Part shown: in pieces, positions 47,898 to 58,158 of the stretch | Layout: each line of letters begins with the position of its first letter | Position numbering within the stretch: position 1 is the stretch's first letter | Source of the DNA: Burkholderiaceae bacterium | GTDB lineage: Bacteria; Pseudomonadota; Gammaproteobacteria; Burkholderiales; Burkholderiaceae_F | NCBI GenBank assembly: GCA_034522655.1 | Contig: JAXHLD010000032.1 | Location: 10,530 to 74,529, forward strand | Length of the DNA: 64,000 nucleotides | Direction of reading: 5' to 3' | The notes under the pieces: model-generated | What the model saw: only the letters and a program-made list of their open reading frames with translations | Told to the model about the DNA's origin: nothing | Databases searched by the model: none | Position numbers and translations under genes: made by a program

Positions 47898-48314
47898 TCA
47901 GAAGGGTTTGAGCACGACGAGGATCACCACCGCGAACAGCGCGAGCACCGGCAGCTCGTTGAACCAGCGGAACCAGACATGCGAGCGCGCGACGGTGCCG
48001 GCGCGAAAGCCGCGCAGCAGCCGCCCGCAATACAGGTGATAGGCGATCAGCCCCACCACCAGCGCGAGCTTCGCGTGCATCCAGCCGCCGCTGATGCCGA
48101 AGCCCAGCCACAGCCACAGCCCGAGCCCCACGGCCAGCACGGCCAGCGGCGTCATGAACCGGTACAGCTTGCCGGCCATCAGCAGCAGCCTGTCGCGCTC
48201 CGCGCCCGGTCCGTCGACCATCGCCAGGTTCACGTAGATGCGCGGCAGGTAGAACAGGCCGGCGAACCAGGACGTGACGAAGATGATGTGCAGCGCTTTG
48301 AGCCAGAGATACAT
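47898..48314 (-). CDS. hemJ: protoporphyrinogen IX oxidase HemJ
   Basis: MYLWLKALHIIFVTSWFAGLFYLPRIYV... with four TM segments, which is the HemJ/UPF0093 signature. The start is ATG 48314. Confidence 0.85.
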   Translation of the reverse strand: MYLWLKALHIIFVTSWFAGLFYLPRIYVNLAMVDGPGAERDRLLLMAGKLYRFMTPLAVLAVGLGLWLWLGFGISGGWMHAKLALVVGLIAYHLYCGRLLRGFRAGTVARSHVWFRWFNELPVLALFAVVILVVLKPF

Positions 48315-48509
48315 CGCGTGACCGGTTGCAGGTGAGGGAAGAGGGAGCCGTGCGGCCCAAAGCAGGGCGGAGCACGGCTGGCGTGGGCGATCGACGCCGC
48401 TGGGAGCGGATCGCGGACCATCCCCCGGAACGGTCCGCAATCTGTCGTGAAGCGCCGGCGGCTGTGCCGTGTGGTGTGGCGCCAAGCCTGCCGCGCGCGC
48501 ACGGCGCGG

Positions 48510-49718
48510 CTAGCTGCGCACCTCGCCGTTGCCGAACACCACGTATTTCAGCGAGGTAAGGCCTTCGAGCCCGACCGGGCCGCGCGCGTGCAGCTTGTCG
48601 TTGGAGATGCCGATCTCGGCGCCAAGACCGTACTCGAAGCCGTCGGCGAAGCGGGTCGAGGCGTTGATCATCACCGAGGCCGAGTCAACCTCGCGCAGGA
48701 AGCGCATCGCCGCCGCATATTCCTCGGTCACGATGGCATCGGTGTGCTTGCTGCCATAGGTGTTGATGTGATCGATCGCCGCATCCAGCCCGGCCACGAT
48801 GGCGATCGACAGGATCGGCGCCAGGTACTCGGTGCGCCAGTCCTCCTCGGTCGCATCCTTTGCCGCGACCCCGGCGGCGGCCAGGATCGCCTTGCTCTGC
48901 GGGCAGGCGCGCAGTTCGACGCCCTTGTCGGCATAGATGCGACCGAGCAGCGGCAGCACGCGCGGCGCGATCGACTGCGCGACCAGCAGCGTCTCCATCG
49001 TGTTGCAGGTGCCGTAGCGCTGTGTCTTGGCGTTATCCGCGATCTTCACCGCCTTGGTCAGATCGGCCGCGCCGTCGATGTACACGTGGCAGATGCCGTC
49101 GAGGTGCTTGATCATCGGCACCTTGCTCTCGCGCATCAGCCGCTCGATCAGGCCGCGTCCGCCGCGCGGCACGATGATGTCGACGTACTCGGGCATCGTC
49201 ACCAGCAGGCCCACCGCGGCGCGGTCGGTCGTGTCGACCAGCTGCACCCCATCGCGAGGCAGGCCGGCCGCCTGCAGCCCCTCGGCCACGATCTGCGCAA
49301 GGAAGCGGTTCGACTCGATCGCCTCCGAGCCGCCGCGCAGGATGCTGGCATTGCCGCTCTTGATGCACAGGCCGGCCGCATCGACCGTCACGTTCGGCCG
49401 GCTCTCGTAGATGATGCCGATCACGCCCAGCGGCACGCGCATGCGACCGACGCGGATGCCCGACGGCATCGGCCGTACCGCGTCGATCTCGCCGATCGGG
49501 TCCGTCAGCTGCGCGATCTGCTCCAGCCCGACGGCCATCTGCTCGACGGCCGCATCCGACAGCGCCAGGCGGTCGAGCGCGGCCGCATCCAGGCCCGCCG
49601 CTCGCGCGCGTGCGACGTCGCGTGCGTTGGCGGCCTGCAGCGCGAGCCGGGCCGCGCGGATGGCGGCGGCAATCTTCAGCAGCGCATCGTTCTTGGCCGC
49701 GGTACCGGCCTTGGCCAT
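48510..49718 (-). CDS. proA: glutamate-5-semialdehyde dehydrogenase (N-terminal ~15-35 codons displaced by a 2-nt slip)
   Basis: 402-aa ORF with [23 protein letters not shown], the catalytic CNTMETLLV, and [11 protein letters not shown]...HARGP. Upstream, MTAVGQRAR lies in another frame. Confidence 0.9.
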   Translation of the reverse strand: MAKAGTAAKNDALLKIAAAIRAARLALQAANARDVARARAAGLDAAALDRLALSDAAVEQMAVGLEQIAQLTDPIGEIDAVRPMPSGIRVGRMRVPLGVIGIIYESRPNVTVDAAGLCIKSGNASILRGGSEAIESNRFLAQIVAEGLQAAGLPRDGVQLVDTTDRAAVGLLVTMPEYVDIIVPRGGRGLIERLMRESKVPMIKHLDGICHVYIDGAADLTKAVKIADNAKTQRYGTCNTMETLLVAQSIAPRVLPLLGRIYADKGVELRACPQSKAILAAAGVAAKDATEEDWRTEYLAPILSIAIVAGLDAAIDHINTYGSKHTDAIVTEEYAAAMRFLREVDSASVMINASTRFADGFEYGLGAEIGISNDKLHARGPVGLEGLTSLKYVVFGNGEVRS

Positions 49719-49907
49719 GGCGGCCGCCGCGGCGCGCGCGCTGGCCGACCGCAGTCATCTGCGCAGCGAGTGCCGCGTGATCGGTGCGGGCAGGATCTGG
49801 AACGGGAACGGGAACGGCGTGCATCAGGTCAGGGGCAAGGGCGCGGGGAGGGCGGCGGGTGGCATCGATGGCGGCGCGCGGCGGTTGCGGCGCGCGACGG
49901 GCCTGGC

Positions 49908-50924
49908 TCAGGCGGCGACGCCGAGCGCGATCTCGCTCAATTCTAGCCAGGGGTCGCTGTCGGCGCGGCGCACGCGCAATCCCTTGATCAGTCGATCGAG
50001 GTCGGCGCAGCGCGCCAGCAGCGCGGCCAGGCGCGTGCCATCGAGCCGGCGCAACGCGGCCTGGGTCGCCGGCTCCTTCTCGCGCCGCACCCACACGTCG
50101 CGCGCGGCCTGCGCAAACGGGATGCCGCGGTCCAGCGCCGCGCGCAGCCGCAGCAGCGTGCGCACTTCTTCGCTGACCGCCCACAGGATCAGCGGCAGCG
50201 GCTCGTTCTCGGCGCGCAGGCCGGCCAGCATCCGCTGCAGGCGCGGCGCGTCGCCGGTGAGCATCGCCAGCGGCAGCGCAAAGACCTCGAAGCGCGAGAC
50301 ATCCAGCACGGCGTCCTGCACCTGCGCCAGCGACAGCTCGCCAGCCGGATGCAGCAGCCCGAGCTTGCTGATCTCCTGGTGCGCCGCCAGCAGGTTGCCC
50401 TCGACGCGATCGGCGATGAACTCGAGCGCCTCCTTCGGCGCCGACTGCCGCTGCCGCGCCAGCCGCGCACCGATCCACTGCGGCAATTGCGCACGCGCAA
50501 TGCCGGGCACATCGATCCACACGCCGGCCGCCTCCAGCGCCTGGGCCCAGCCGCTGTTGCGGCTGGTGCGGTCCAGCGCCGGCAGGGCGACGATGGTCAG
50601 CAGGTCGTCGGCCGCGTGCGCCGCATGGGCCTTCAGGGCGTCGCCGCCCACCTTGCCCGGCTTGCCGCCCGGCAGGCGGATCTCGAGGATGCGGCGCTCG
50701 GCGAACAGCGACAGGCCCTGTGCCGCACCGACAATCGTCGACCAGTCGCTGCGGCCATCGGCATGCACCACCTCGCGCTCGCTGAAACCGAGCTTGCGCG
50801 CGGTGGCGCGGATTGCGTCCTGCGCCTCGATCGCCAGCAGGGCTTCGTCACCGCTGACCACGTACAGCGGCGCAAGCTTGCCGCGGGCAAGATGGGCATC
50901 GAGCTGATCGGCGCGCAGTTGCAT
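49908..50924 (-). CDS. holA: DNA polymerase III subunit delta
   Basis: 338 aa with LAPLYVVSGDEALL, SLFAERRILEIR, and the three-domain HolA layout. Confidence 0.85.
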   Translation of the reverse strand: MQLRADQLDAHLARGKLAPLYVVSGDEALLAIEAQDAIRATARKLGFSEREVVHADGRSDWSTIVGAAQGLSLFAERRILEIRLPGGKPGKVGGDALKAHAAHAADDLLTIVALPALDRTSRNSGWAQALEAAGVWIDVPGIARAQLPQWIGARLARQRQSAPKEALEFIADRVEGNLLAAHQEISKLGLLHPAGELSLAQVQDAVLDVSRFEVFALPLAMLTGDAPRLQRMLAGLRAENEPLPLILWAVSEEVRTLLRLRAALDRGIPFAQAARDVWVRREKEPATQAALRRLDGTRLAALLARCADLDRLIKGLRVRRADSDPWLELSEIALGVAA

Positions 50925-50926
50925 CG

Positions 50927-51592
50927 TCAGGCGGGTTTCGGCGTCTGCGCGGCGGCCAACCGGCGCAGGACCTGCTGCACCAGGTCATAGCCCATCTCGC
51001 GGAACATCACCGCTTCTTCAGCCTCGCGCGCCAGCACCTGCGCCTCGTTGAAGGCGATGTCGCGCTGGATCGCGACCGTGCTGGGCGGCACGTACTCGCC
51101 GCCCTTGCCGTCGTGTACCCGGAACGCGAAGCGCAGGCGCAACTGGTACTCGCGCGTGCGGCCCTGGGCGTTGACGGCCAGCACTTCGCGCTCGCGCGCT
51201 TCGTTCAGCACCTCGAGGATGGCCTGCGCCTTCGTGCGGTCGTCCACCACTCGGGTGCGCGAGCCGGCGCGGATGCTGCGCGCCAGTTCGGCGCCGAGCG
51301 CCGAGTTGGGGGCAAAGCCGAGGTAGATCGTGTCGAACGGCAGCGTACGCTCGCCGCGCAGGCGAAAGCCGCAGGCGGCGAGCAGTGGCGTCGCCCCGGC
51401 AGCGAGCAGCAGGGTGCGGCGCGAAGCGGCTTGCCGCGCGTCGTGGTCCCCCGTGTGCGGCGCCGGGTTGGGGTGGAGGCCGCACGGCGAGCCGCTCGCG
51501 AACGCTGACCCCGCCCTGACCCGGCTCGGCACGCGGCCGAGGGAACCCAGGGCGCGCAGGACTCGGGAGCGCACGGGCTCAGACCACCACAT
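50927..51592 (-). CDS. lptE: LPS-assembly lipoprotein LptE (start uncertain)
   Basis: The lipobox [11 protein letters not shown] is followed by LptE-like [14 protein letters not shown]...[13 protein letters not shown]. The only upstream start codon is ATG 51592, 50 codons before the signal peptide and overlapping the leuS end. Confidence 0.75.
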   Translation of the reverse strand: MWWSEPVRSRVLRALGSLGRVPSRVRAGSAFASGSPCGLHPNPAPHTGDHDARQAASRRTLLLAAGATPLLAACGFRLRGERTLPFDTIYLGFAPNSALGAELARSIRAGSRTRVVDDRTKAQAILEVLNEAREREVLAVNAQGRTREYQLRLRFAFRVHDGKGGEYVPPSTVAIQRDIAFNEAQVLAREAEEAVMFREMGYDLVQQVLRRLAAAQTPKPA

Positions 51593-54208
51593 TGACCAGC
51601 TTGCCCGGCACGACCACGAGCTTCTTGATCGGGCTGCCTGCGATGAACTTCTGCACGGTGGCGTCGGCCAGCGCGGCGGCCTCGACCGCTGCCTTATCAG
51701 CTTGCGCCGGCACGCGGATCTGTCCGCGCAGCTTGCCGTTGACCTGCACCACGAGTTCGATCTCGTCCTGCTTCAGCGCCGACTCGTCCGCCTGCGGCCA
51801 CGGCGCGTCGAGCAGATCGCCCAGTTCGCGCACGTAACCCAGCTCGGTCCACAGCGCATGGGTGATGTGCGGGGCGATCGGGTACAAAGTGCGCAGCAGG
51901 ATGCCGACGCTCTCCCTCAGCACCGCCGCTTCGGCCGGGCCGGCGCCCAGCCGGGCGCCGTCCAGCGCGTTGAGCATCTTCATCACCGCGCTGACGACCG
52001 TGTTGTACTGCACGCGGCCGTAGTCGAAGTCGGCCTGCTTGAGGTTCAGGTGAATCTCCCGGCGCAGCGCCTTGAGTGCCGGTGCGGCATCGCTGATCGC
52101 GCCCGCGCTGTCGGCACCGGCGACGATCTGCGCCTTGCGCTCGACGCAGTGGTTCCACAGCCGCCGCAGGAAGCGGAAGGTACCCTCGGCGCCGCTGTTG
52201 CTCCAGGCTGCGCTCTGGTCCGGCGGGCCGGCGAACATGGCGAAGGTGCGCGCGGTGTCGGCGCCGAAGCGGCCGATGATGTCGCGCGGCTCCACCACGT
52301 TGTTCTTGCTCTTGCTCATCTTTTCGGTGCCGCCGAAAAAGACGGGCTGGCCATCGTCCTTCGACGTGACCTTGACCGGGCGGCCCTTGTCGTCGAACTC
52401 GACGTCGATCTCGTTCGGATAGAACCAGCGCTTCTTGCCATCCGGCTGCTCGCGGTAGTAGCAGTCGTGCGTCAGCATGCCCTGCGTGAACAGGCGCTTG
52501 AACGGCTCGTCGAACTTCACCAGCCCGAGGTCGCGCATCGCCTTGGTCCAGAAGCGCGCGTACAGCAGGTGCAGCACCGCGTGCTCGATGCCGCCGATGT
52601 ACTGGTCCATCGGCATCCAGTAGTCGTTGCGCGAATCGACCATGGTCTTGGCGCCGGGCGAGCAGTAGCGCATGTAGTACCAGCTCGAGTCGACGAAGGT
52701 GTCCATCGTGTCGGTCTCGCGCCGCGCAGGCGCACCACACTTCGGGCAGCTGCACTTCAGGAACGGCTCGTACTTGGCGAGGGGGCTGCCGCTGCCGTCG
52801 GGCACCAGGCCTTCGGGCAGGACGACCGGCAGGTCCTGCTCCGGCACCGGCACTTCGCCGCAGGCCGCGCAGTGGATGATCGGGATCGGCGTGCCCCAGT
52901 AGCGCTGGCGGCTGATGCCCCAGTCGCGCAGCCGGTAGTTGACCTGCTTGTCGCCGAGGCTCTTGGCCTTGAGGTCGGCGGCGATGGCGTCGACCGCGGC
53001 CTCGTACGGCAGGCCGTCGTACTTTCCGGAGTGGATGCACTGCGCATCCGCCTTGTCCGCGTACCAATCCTGCCAGGCATCGAGCGAATAGGGCTGCCCG
53101 CGGATGTCGATCACCTGCTTGATCGACAGGCCGTACTTCTTGGCGAACGCGAAGTCGCGCTCGTCGTGGCCCGGCACGCCCATCACCGCGCCCTCGCCGT
53201 AACCCAGCAGCACGTAATTGCCGACCCACACCGGCACCTGCTCGCCGGTCAGCGGATGGGTGACGGAGAAGCTGGTCGCCATGCCCTTCTTTTCCATCGT
53301 CGCGATGTCGGCCTCGGCCACGCCGCCCTTCTTGCACTCCTCGATGAACGCCTGAAGCTCGGGCTTGCCCTGCGCCAGCCGCGTGGCGAGCGGATGCTCG
53401 GCCGCCACCGCGACGAAGGTGACACCCATGATGGTGTCGGCGCGCGTGGTGAACACGCGCAGCAGCTGTCGCTGGCCGCCGATCTCGTACGGGAAGCCGA
53501 AGTTCACGCCGACGCTCTTGCCGATCCAGTTCTCCTGCATCGCCTTGACCTGCGGCGGCCACTCCAGGCCTTCGAGGCTGGCCAGCAGTTCCTCGGCGTA
53601 CTGGGTGATGGCGAGGTAGTAACCGGGGATCTCGCGCTTCTCGACCACCGCACCGGAGCGCCAGCCGCGGCCGTCGACCACCTGCTCGTTGGCGAGCACG
53701 GTCTGGTCCACCGGGTCCCAGTTGACGATCTGTGTCTTGCGGTAGGCGATGCCCTTATCGAGCATCTTGAGGAACAGCCACTGGTTCCAGCAGTAGTACT
53801 CGGGATCGCAGGTGGCCAGCTCGCGGCTCCAGTCGAAGGCCAGCCCGAGCGGCTGCATCTGCGACTTCATGTCGGCGATGTTGGCGCGCGTCCATTCGGC
53901 CGGGGCGACCTTCTTGTCGATGGCGGCGTTCTCGGCCGGCAGGCCGAAGGCGTCCCAGCCCATCGGCGTCATCACGTTGTGCCCGCGCATGCGCAGGATG
54001 CGATACATGACGTCGTTCAGCGTGTAGTTGCGCACATGGCCCATGTGCAGCTTGCCGCTCGGGTAGGGCAGCATCGAGCACACGTAGAACTTGGGCTTGA
54101 GCCGGCCGGCCGCATCGATTGCGTGCTCGACCGCGCGGTAGGCCTGGGACCCGCATGCGCCTGCGCGAGCCGGCTCGACCCTTGCAGTGGGCTGGTACTT
54201 TCCTGCAT
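51579..54208 (-). CDS. leuS: leucine--tRNA ligase (1-nt frameshift after codon 3 as assembled)
   Basis: ATG CAG GAA at 54208, then a frame change. The long ORF carries KYQP..., the HIGH motif [18 protein letters not shown], the CP1 editing domain, and the KMSKS motif. Confidence 0.92.
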
Positions 54209-54680
54209 GGGAGTTGTAGTGAGCCTTCACAAGAGCGAAATACCCACCTCGCCCCCCACCGGGAGCCACACGTAAGACTGGCGGCGCAGCGACCGGCCGC
54301 GGCGCCTGCCAGGCCGGGCAGGGCGAGCCGCCGGCCGAGAGCCGGCGGCGCGCCAGCGGCGCCGGCCGAAGGACGGAAAGGGGCATGGCCCTCCAAAAGA
54401 GGGGTCTCCGTCGGCCGGGAGAAAGGGCGGGGGCGGGGGTCGAACCACCGCTCCACCTGCAGCGCCGAGCCGAGGAAGCCAGGGCGTCGGCGACGCGGGA
54501 GGAGGGGCCTCGGCAGCGGGACTTTGAGGCGTGCCGCGGTACGCAGCGGGTCTGTGCCAGCGGCACAAGCGGTGTCCGTAGCGAACAGATATAGTTCGAG
54601 GGTGGAGGGGCGGGCGGAGGAAGGCATTTACGGGGGAGCCGGCCAGCCTTGAGGCCGTTAGAATCGGACGGTAAGTCACC

Positions 54681-57600
54681 TTGAATTTGCTGGAGGCCTC
54701 AATCGCACCGCAGCTGGCCGCCGTCACCCTGCCCAACCAGTCGGCGCTGATCCTGGCCGGTGCGGGTTCCGGCAAGACGCGCGTGCTGACCACGCGCATC
54801 GCCTGGCTGATCCAGACCGGGCAGGTGAGCCCGCAGGGCATTCTCGCCGTCACCTTCACCAACAAGGCGGCGAAGGAAATGCTGACGCGGCTGACTGCGA
54901 TGCTGCCGATCAACACGCGCGGCATGTGGATCGGCACCTTCCACGGCCTGTGCAACCGCATGCTGCGCGCGCATCACCGCGACGCCAGTCTGCCGCAGAC
55001 CTTCCAGATTCTCGACACCAGCGATCAGCTGTCGGCCGTAGAGCGGCTGCTGAAAGCCAACGGCGTCGACGACGAAGTTCCCGCCGCGCGAACCTGACAG
55101 TGGTTCATCAACGCGCAGAAGGAAGCCGGCCTGCGTGCCGGCGCCGTGGAGGTCATAGACGACTTCGGACCGAAAAAGGCGCGTCGAGCTGTACGCCGCC
55201 GTACGAGGAGCGATGCCAGCGCGAGGGCGTGGTCGACTTCCCTGAACTGCTGCTGCGCTGCTACGAGCTGCTGGTGCGCAACGAACCGCTGCGCGCGCAT
55301 TACAACGCGCGTTTCCGCCACGTGCTGGTCGACGAATTCCAGGACACCAACGTGCTGCAGTACAAGTGGCTGAAGCTCTTGGCGGGCCGGCTCGACGGGG
55401 CGGCGGCAACGGAGGCCGGCAGCGGCGCCATCTTCGCCGTGGGCGACGACGACCAGTGCCTGCTGGCCGGCACCAAGGTCACGATGGCCGATGGTCGCTT
55501 CAAGCTGATCGAGGACGTGCGGGTCGACGACCTGGTGTGTTCGGCGGTGGGCGGCGGCCGCATCGGTGCGGCGCGTGTCACCAAGGTGTTCGAGCGGCAG
55601 GAGCGCGTGCCGCTGGTCACCGTGCACACGCAGAAGGGCAAGTCGCTCACCAGCACGCTCGAGCACGTGCACTTTGCCGGCTATACGGTCGGCCATCTGC
55701 CGGCCAAGTACTTCCTGCACCTGATGAACAAGCCGGGCGTGGGCTATCGGCTCGCGGTCAGCGGTCACCGCAGCGCGCGCAGTGACGGCAAGACCGTGCC
55801 TGGCTTCCGCCAACGCGCGCGCCAGGAGGGCGGCGAGCACTGCTGGGTGATCGACGCCTTCGACGATGAAGTCGAGGCGCGCGAGCGGATGAACGTGCTG
55901 TCGCTCAGTGACGGCCTGCCACGCGCAAGTTGATCTGCGGTGACGAAGAAAGCCCGCCGCTACCGGCCGAGTTTTCCGAGGTCAACACCGAGCGCGCGGC
56001 GGAATGGCTGCTGAAGGACCTGAACCTCGCCTTCGACCACCCGGCGGAGCGGCGCCGCCCGACCTTCGGCACCCCGGGCGACGTGCTGGTGAGCCTGTGC
56101 AGCGATTCGCGCCGCGGCAAGCCGGACCATCGCGTCTACGCGCGCATCGCGACCGAGACTGCGATGCAGAAGGCGGTGGCGGCCGGGTTCGTTGCCCACC
56201 CGCAGACCACCGGCAGCGGCGGCTGGTATGTCCAGTTTTGGCGGCGCGACTTCGGCGAGGCGCTGAACGAGGCCAACCGGCTGCGCAACGTGCTCAACGG
56301 CCGCGTGCTGCAGCGGGCGCGCCTGGGCCGTGGCTATCTGCCGATGGTGCCGGCGCAGTACGTGAGGCCGGGCATGGCGATCTTCGAGGAGACTGGCGAC
56401 TTCGACATCGTGACCCAGCTCGAGACGCACGCGCCGGCGCTGGTCACGGTGTACGACCTCAATATCGAGGGCAGCCACAACTTCGCTGCCAACGGACTGC
56501 TGACGCACAACTCGATCTACGCCTTCCGCGGTGCCAATGTCGGCAACATGGCCGACTTCGAGCGCGAGTTCCGGGTGCGCAACGTCATCAAGCTCGAGCA
56601 GAACTACCGCTCGCACGGCCATATCCTGGATGCTGCCAATGCGCTCATCCGCCACAACGCCAAGCGCCTCGGCAAGGAACTGTGGACGCAGGCGGGCGAG
56701 GGTGAGAAGGTGCGCGTGTTCGAGGCCGGCAGCGACGGCCTGGAGGCTGCCTGGCTGGTGGACGAGGTGCGCAACCTGATCGCCGAAGGCCACGCGCGCA
56801 GCGAGATCGCGGTGCTGTATCGGTCGAATGCGCAGTCGCGCGTGATCGAGCACGCGCTGTTCAACGCCGGCGTGCCGTATCGCGTCTACGGAGGACTGCG
56901 TTTCTTCGAGCGCGCCGAGATCAAGCACGCGCTCGCCTATCTGCGGCTGGTGGAAAACCCGGCCGACGATACGGCGTTCATGCGGGTGGTCAACTTCCCG
57001 CCGCGCGGCATCGGGGCGCGCACGCTGGAGCAGCTGGCCGACGCCGCTCGCAGCGGCAACCTGAGCCTGTATGCCGCGGTCGGACAACTGGCCGGCGCAC
57101 CGGGCGCCAAGCTCGCTGCGTTCGTCAAGCTGGTCGACAGCCTGCGCTTCGAGGCGCAGCCGCTGACGCTGAAGGAGATCGTCCAGCTCACCATCGAGCG
57201 CAGCGGCTTGGTCGAGCACTACCGCGGCGAGAAGGAAGGCGGCGAGCGGATCGAGAACGTGGAAGAGCTGGTCAATGCGGCCAGCGCCTTTGTGTCGGAA
57301 GAGGGGTATGCGCAGGATGCGCCGGGTGCGCGTGCTGATGCGGCCGAAGCGGCCGCGGCGATCGCCTCCCCGCTGGCCGGTTTCCTGTCGCACGCCTCGC
57401 TCGAGGCCGGCGATAACCAGGCCGAGGCCGGACAGGACGCGCTGCAACTGATGACGGTGCACGCGGCCAAGGGCCTGGAGTTCCACGCGGTGTTCATCAC
57501 CGGGCTGGAAGAAGGCCTGTTCCCGCACGAAAATAGTGCGCAGGAGCTGGACGGGCTGGAAGAAGAGCGGCGCCTGATGTACGTCGCCATCACGCGTGCG

Positions 57601-58011
57601 CGCAAGCGGCTTTACGTGTCGTTTGCGCAAACGCGGATGCTGCACGGACAGACCCGTTATGGCATCCGCAGCCGCTTCCTGGAAGAGATCCCGGACGGCG
57701 TGATCAAGTGGCTGACGCCGCGGCTGCGCGAAGGTCAAGGCGCGGGTGGCGGCTGGAGCGGTGCGCGCTTCGGACAATGGCAGGACCGGACCGCCGAGGC
57801 CGCCAATGGCGCGGGCACGCCGCCGCGCATGGCTCTGGCGCAGACGCTGCACGGCTTTCGCGTCGGGCAAAGCGTTCGCCACGCCAAGTTCGGCGATGGC
57901 GTGATCGTCAAGCTCGAGGGCAACGGCGCCGATGCACGCGCAAAGATCAACTTCGGGCCGCACGGCCTGAAGGAACTGGCGCTGGCGATCGCAAAGCTCG
58001 AAGCGGCCTAG
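54681..58011 (+). CDS. uvrD: intein-containing DNA helicase II UvrD (as assembled, interrupted near 55071-55205 and inside the intein)
   Basis: TTG start. [20 protein letters not shown] (motif I), [19 protein letters not shown] (II), AVGDDDQ|intein|SIYAFRGA (III), [28 protein letters not shown] and YVAITRA. Confidence 0.9.
55457..56511 (+). other. intein (Hint domain) inserted in UvrD motif III
   Basis: Cys1 lies within [27 protein letters not shown] (block A). [15 protein letters not shown] is block B (TxxH). [21 protein letters not shown] forms blocks F/G and ends in HN, followed by Ser+1. The length is 1055 nt, which is not divisible by 3, and the frame changes near 55925-55935. Confidence 0.85.
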
Positions 58012-58158
58012 GACGACGCGGCGGCGCGATCGTTGCGGCGCTGCCCTTGCTCCCTCGGCGCGCTGACGGTGCGCGCTCAGTGCGCCGCGACACGTCGCCG
58101 CAGCGTGGGTTCGCGCGCCACACCGCTTTCCCCCAGGCGGCGGACTACAATTGGCCGA

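Noticed and set aside
49033-50520. 495-aa ORF overlapping proA and holA out of frame.
   Set aside because: It is an Arg/Ala-rich shadow ORF. Only its short segment MHAVPVPVP...MTAVGQRAR is meaningful, as the displaced proA N-terminus.
54420-54470. tRNA- or tmRNA-like fragment (ggtggttcgaccccc on the minus strand resembles a T-loop).
   Set aside because: The flanking bases do not pair into a T-stem. There is no acceptor stem or CCA context, and no tmRNA tag ORF or RNase P conserved boxes nearby.
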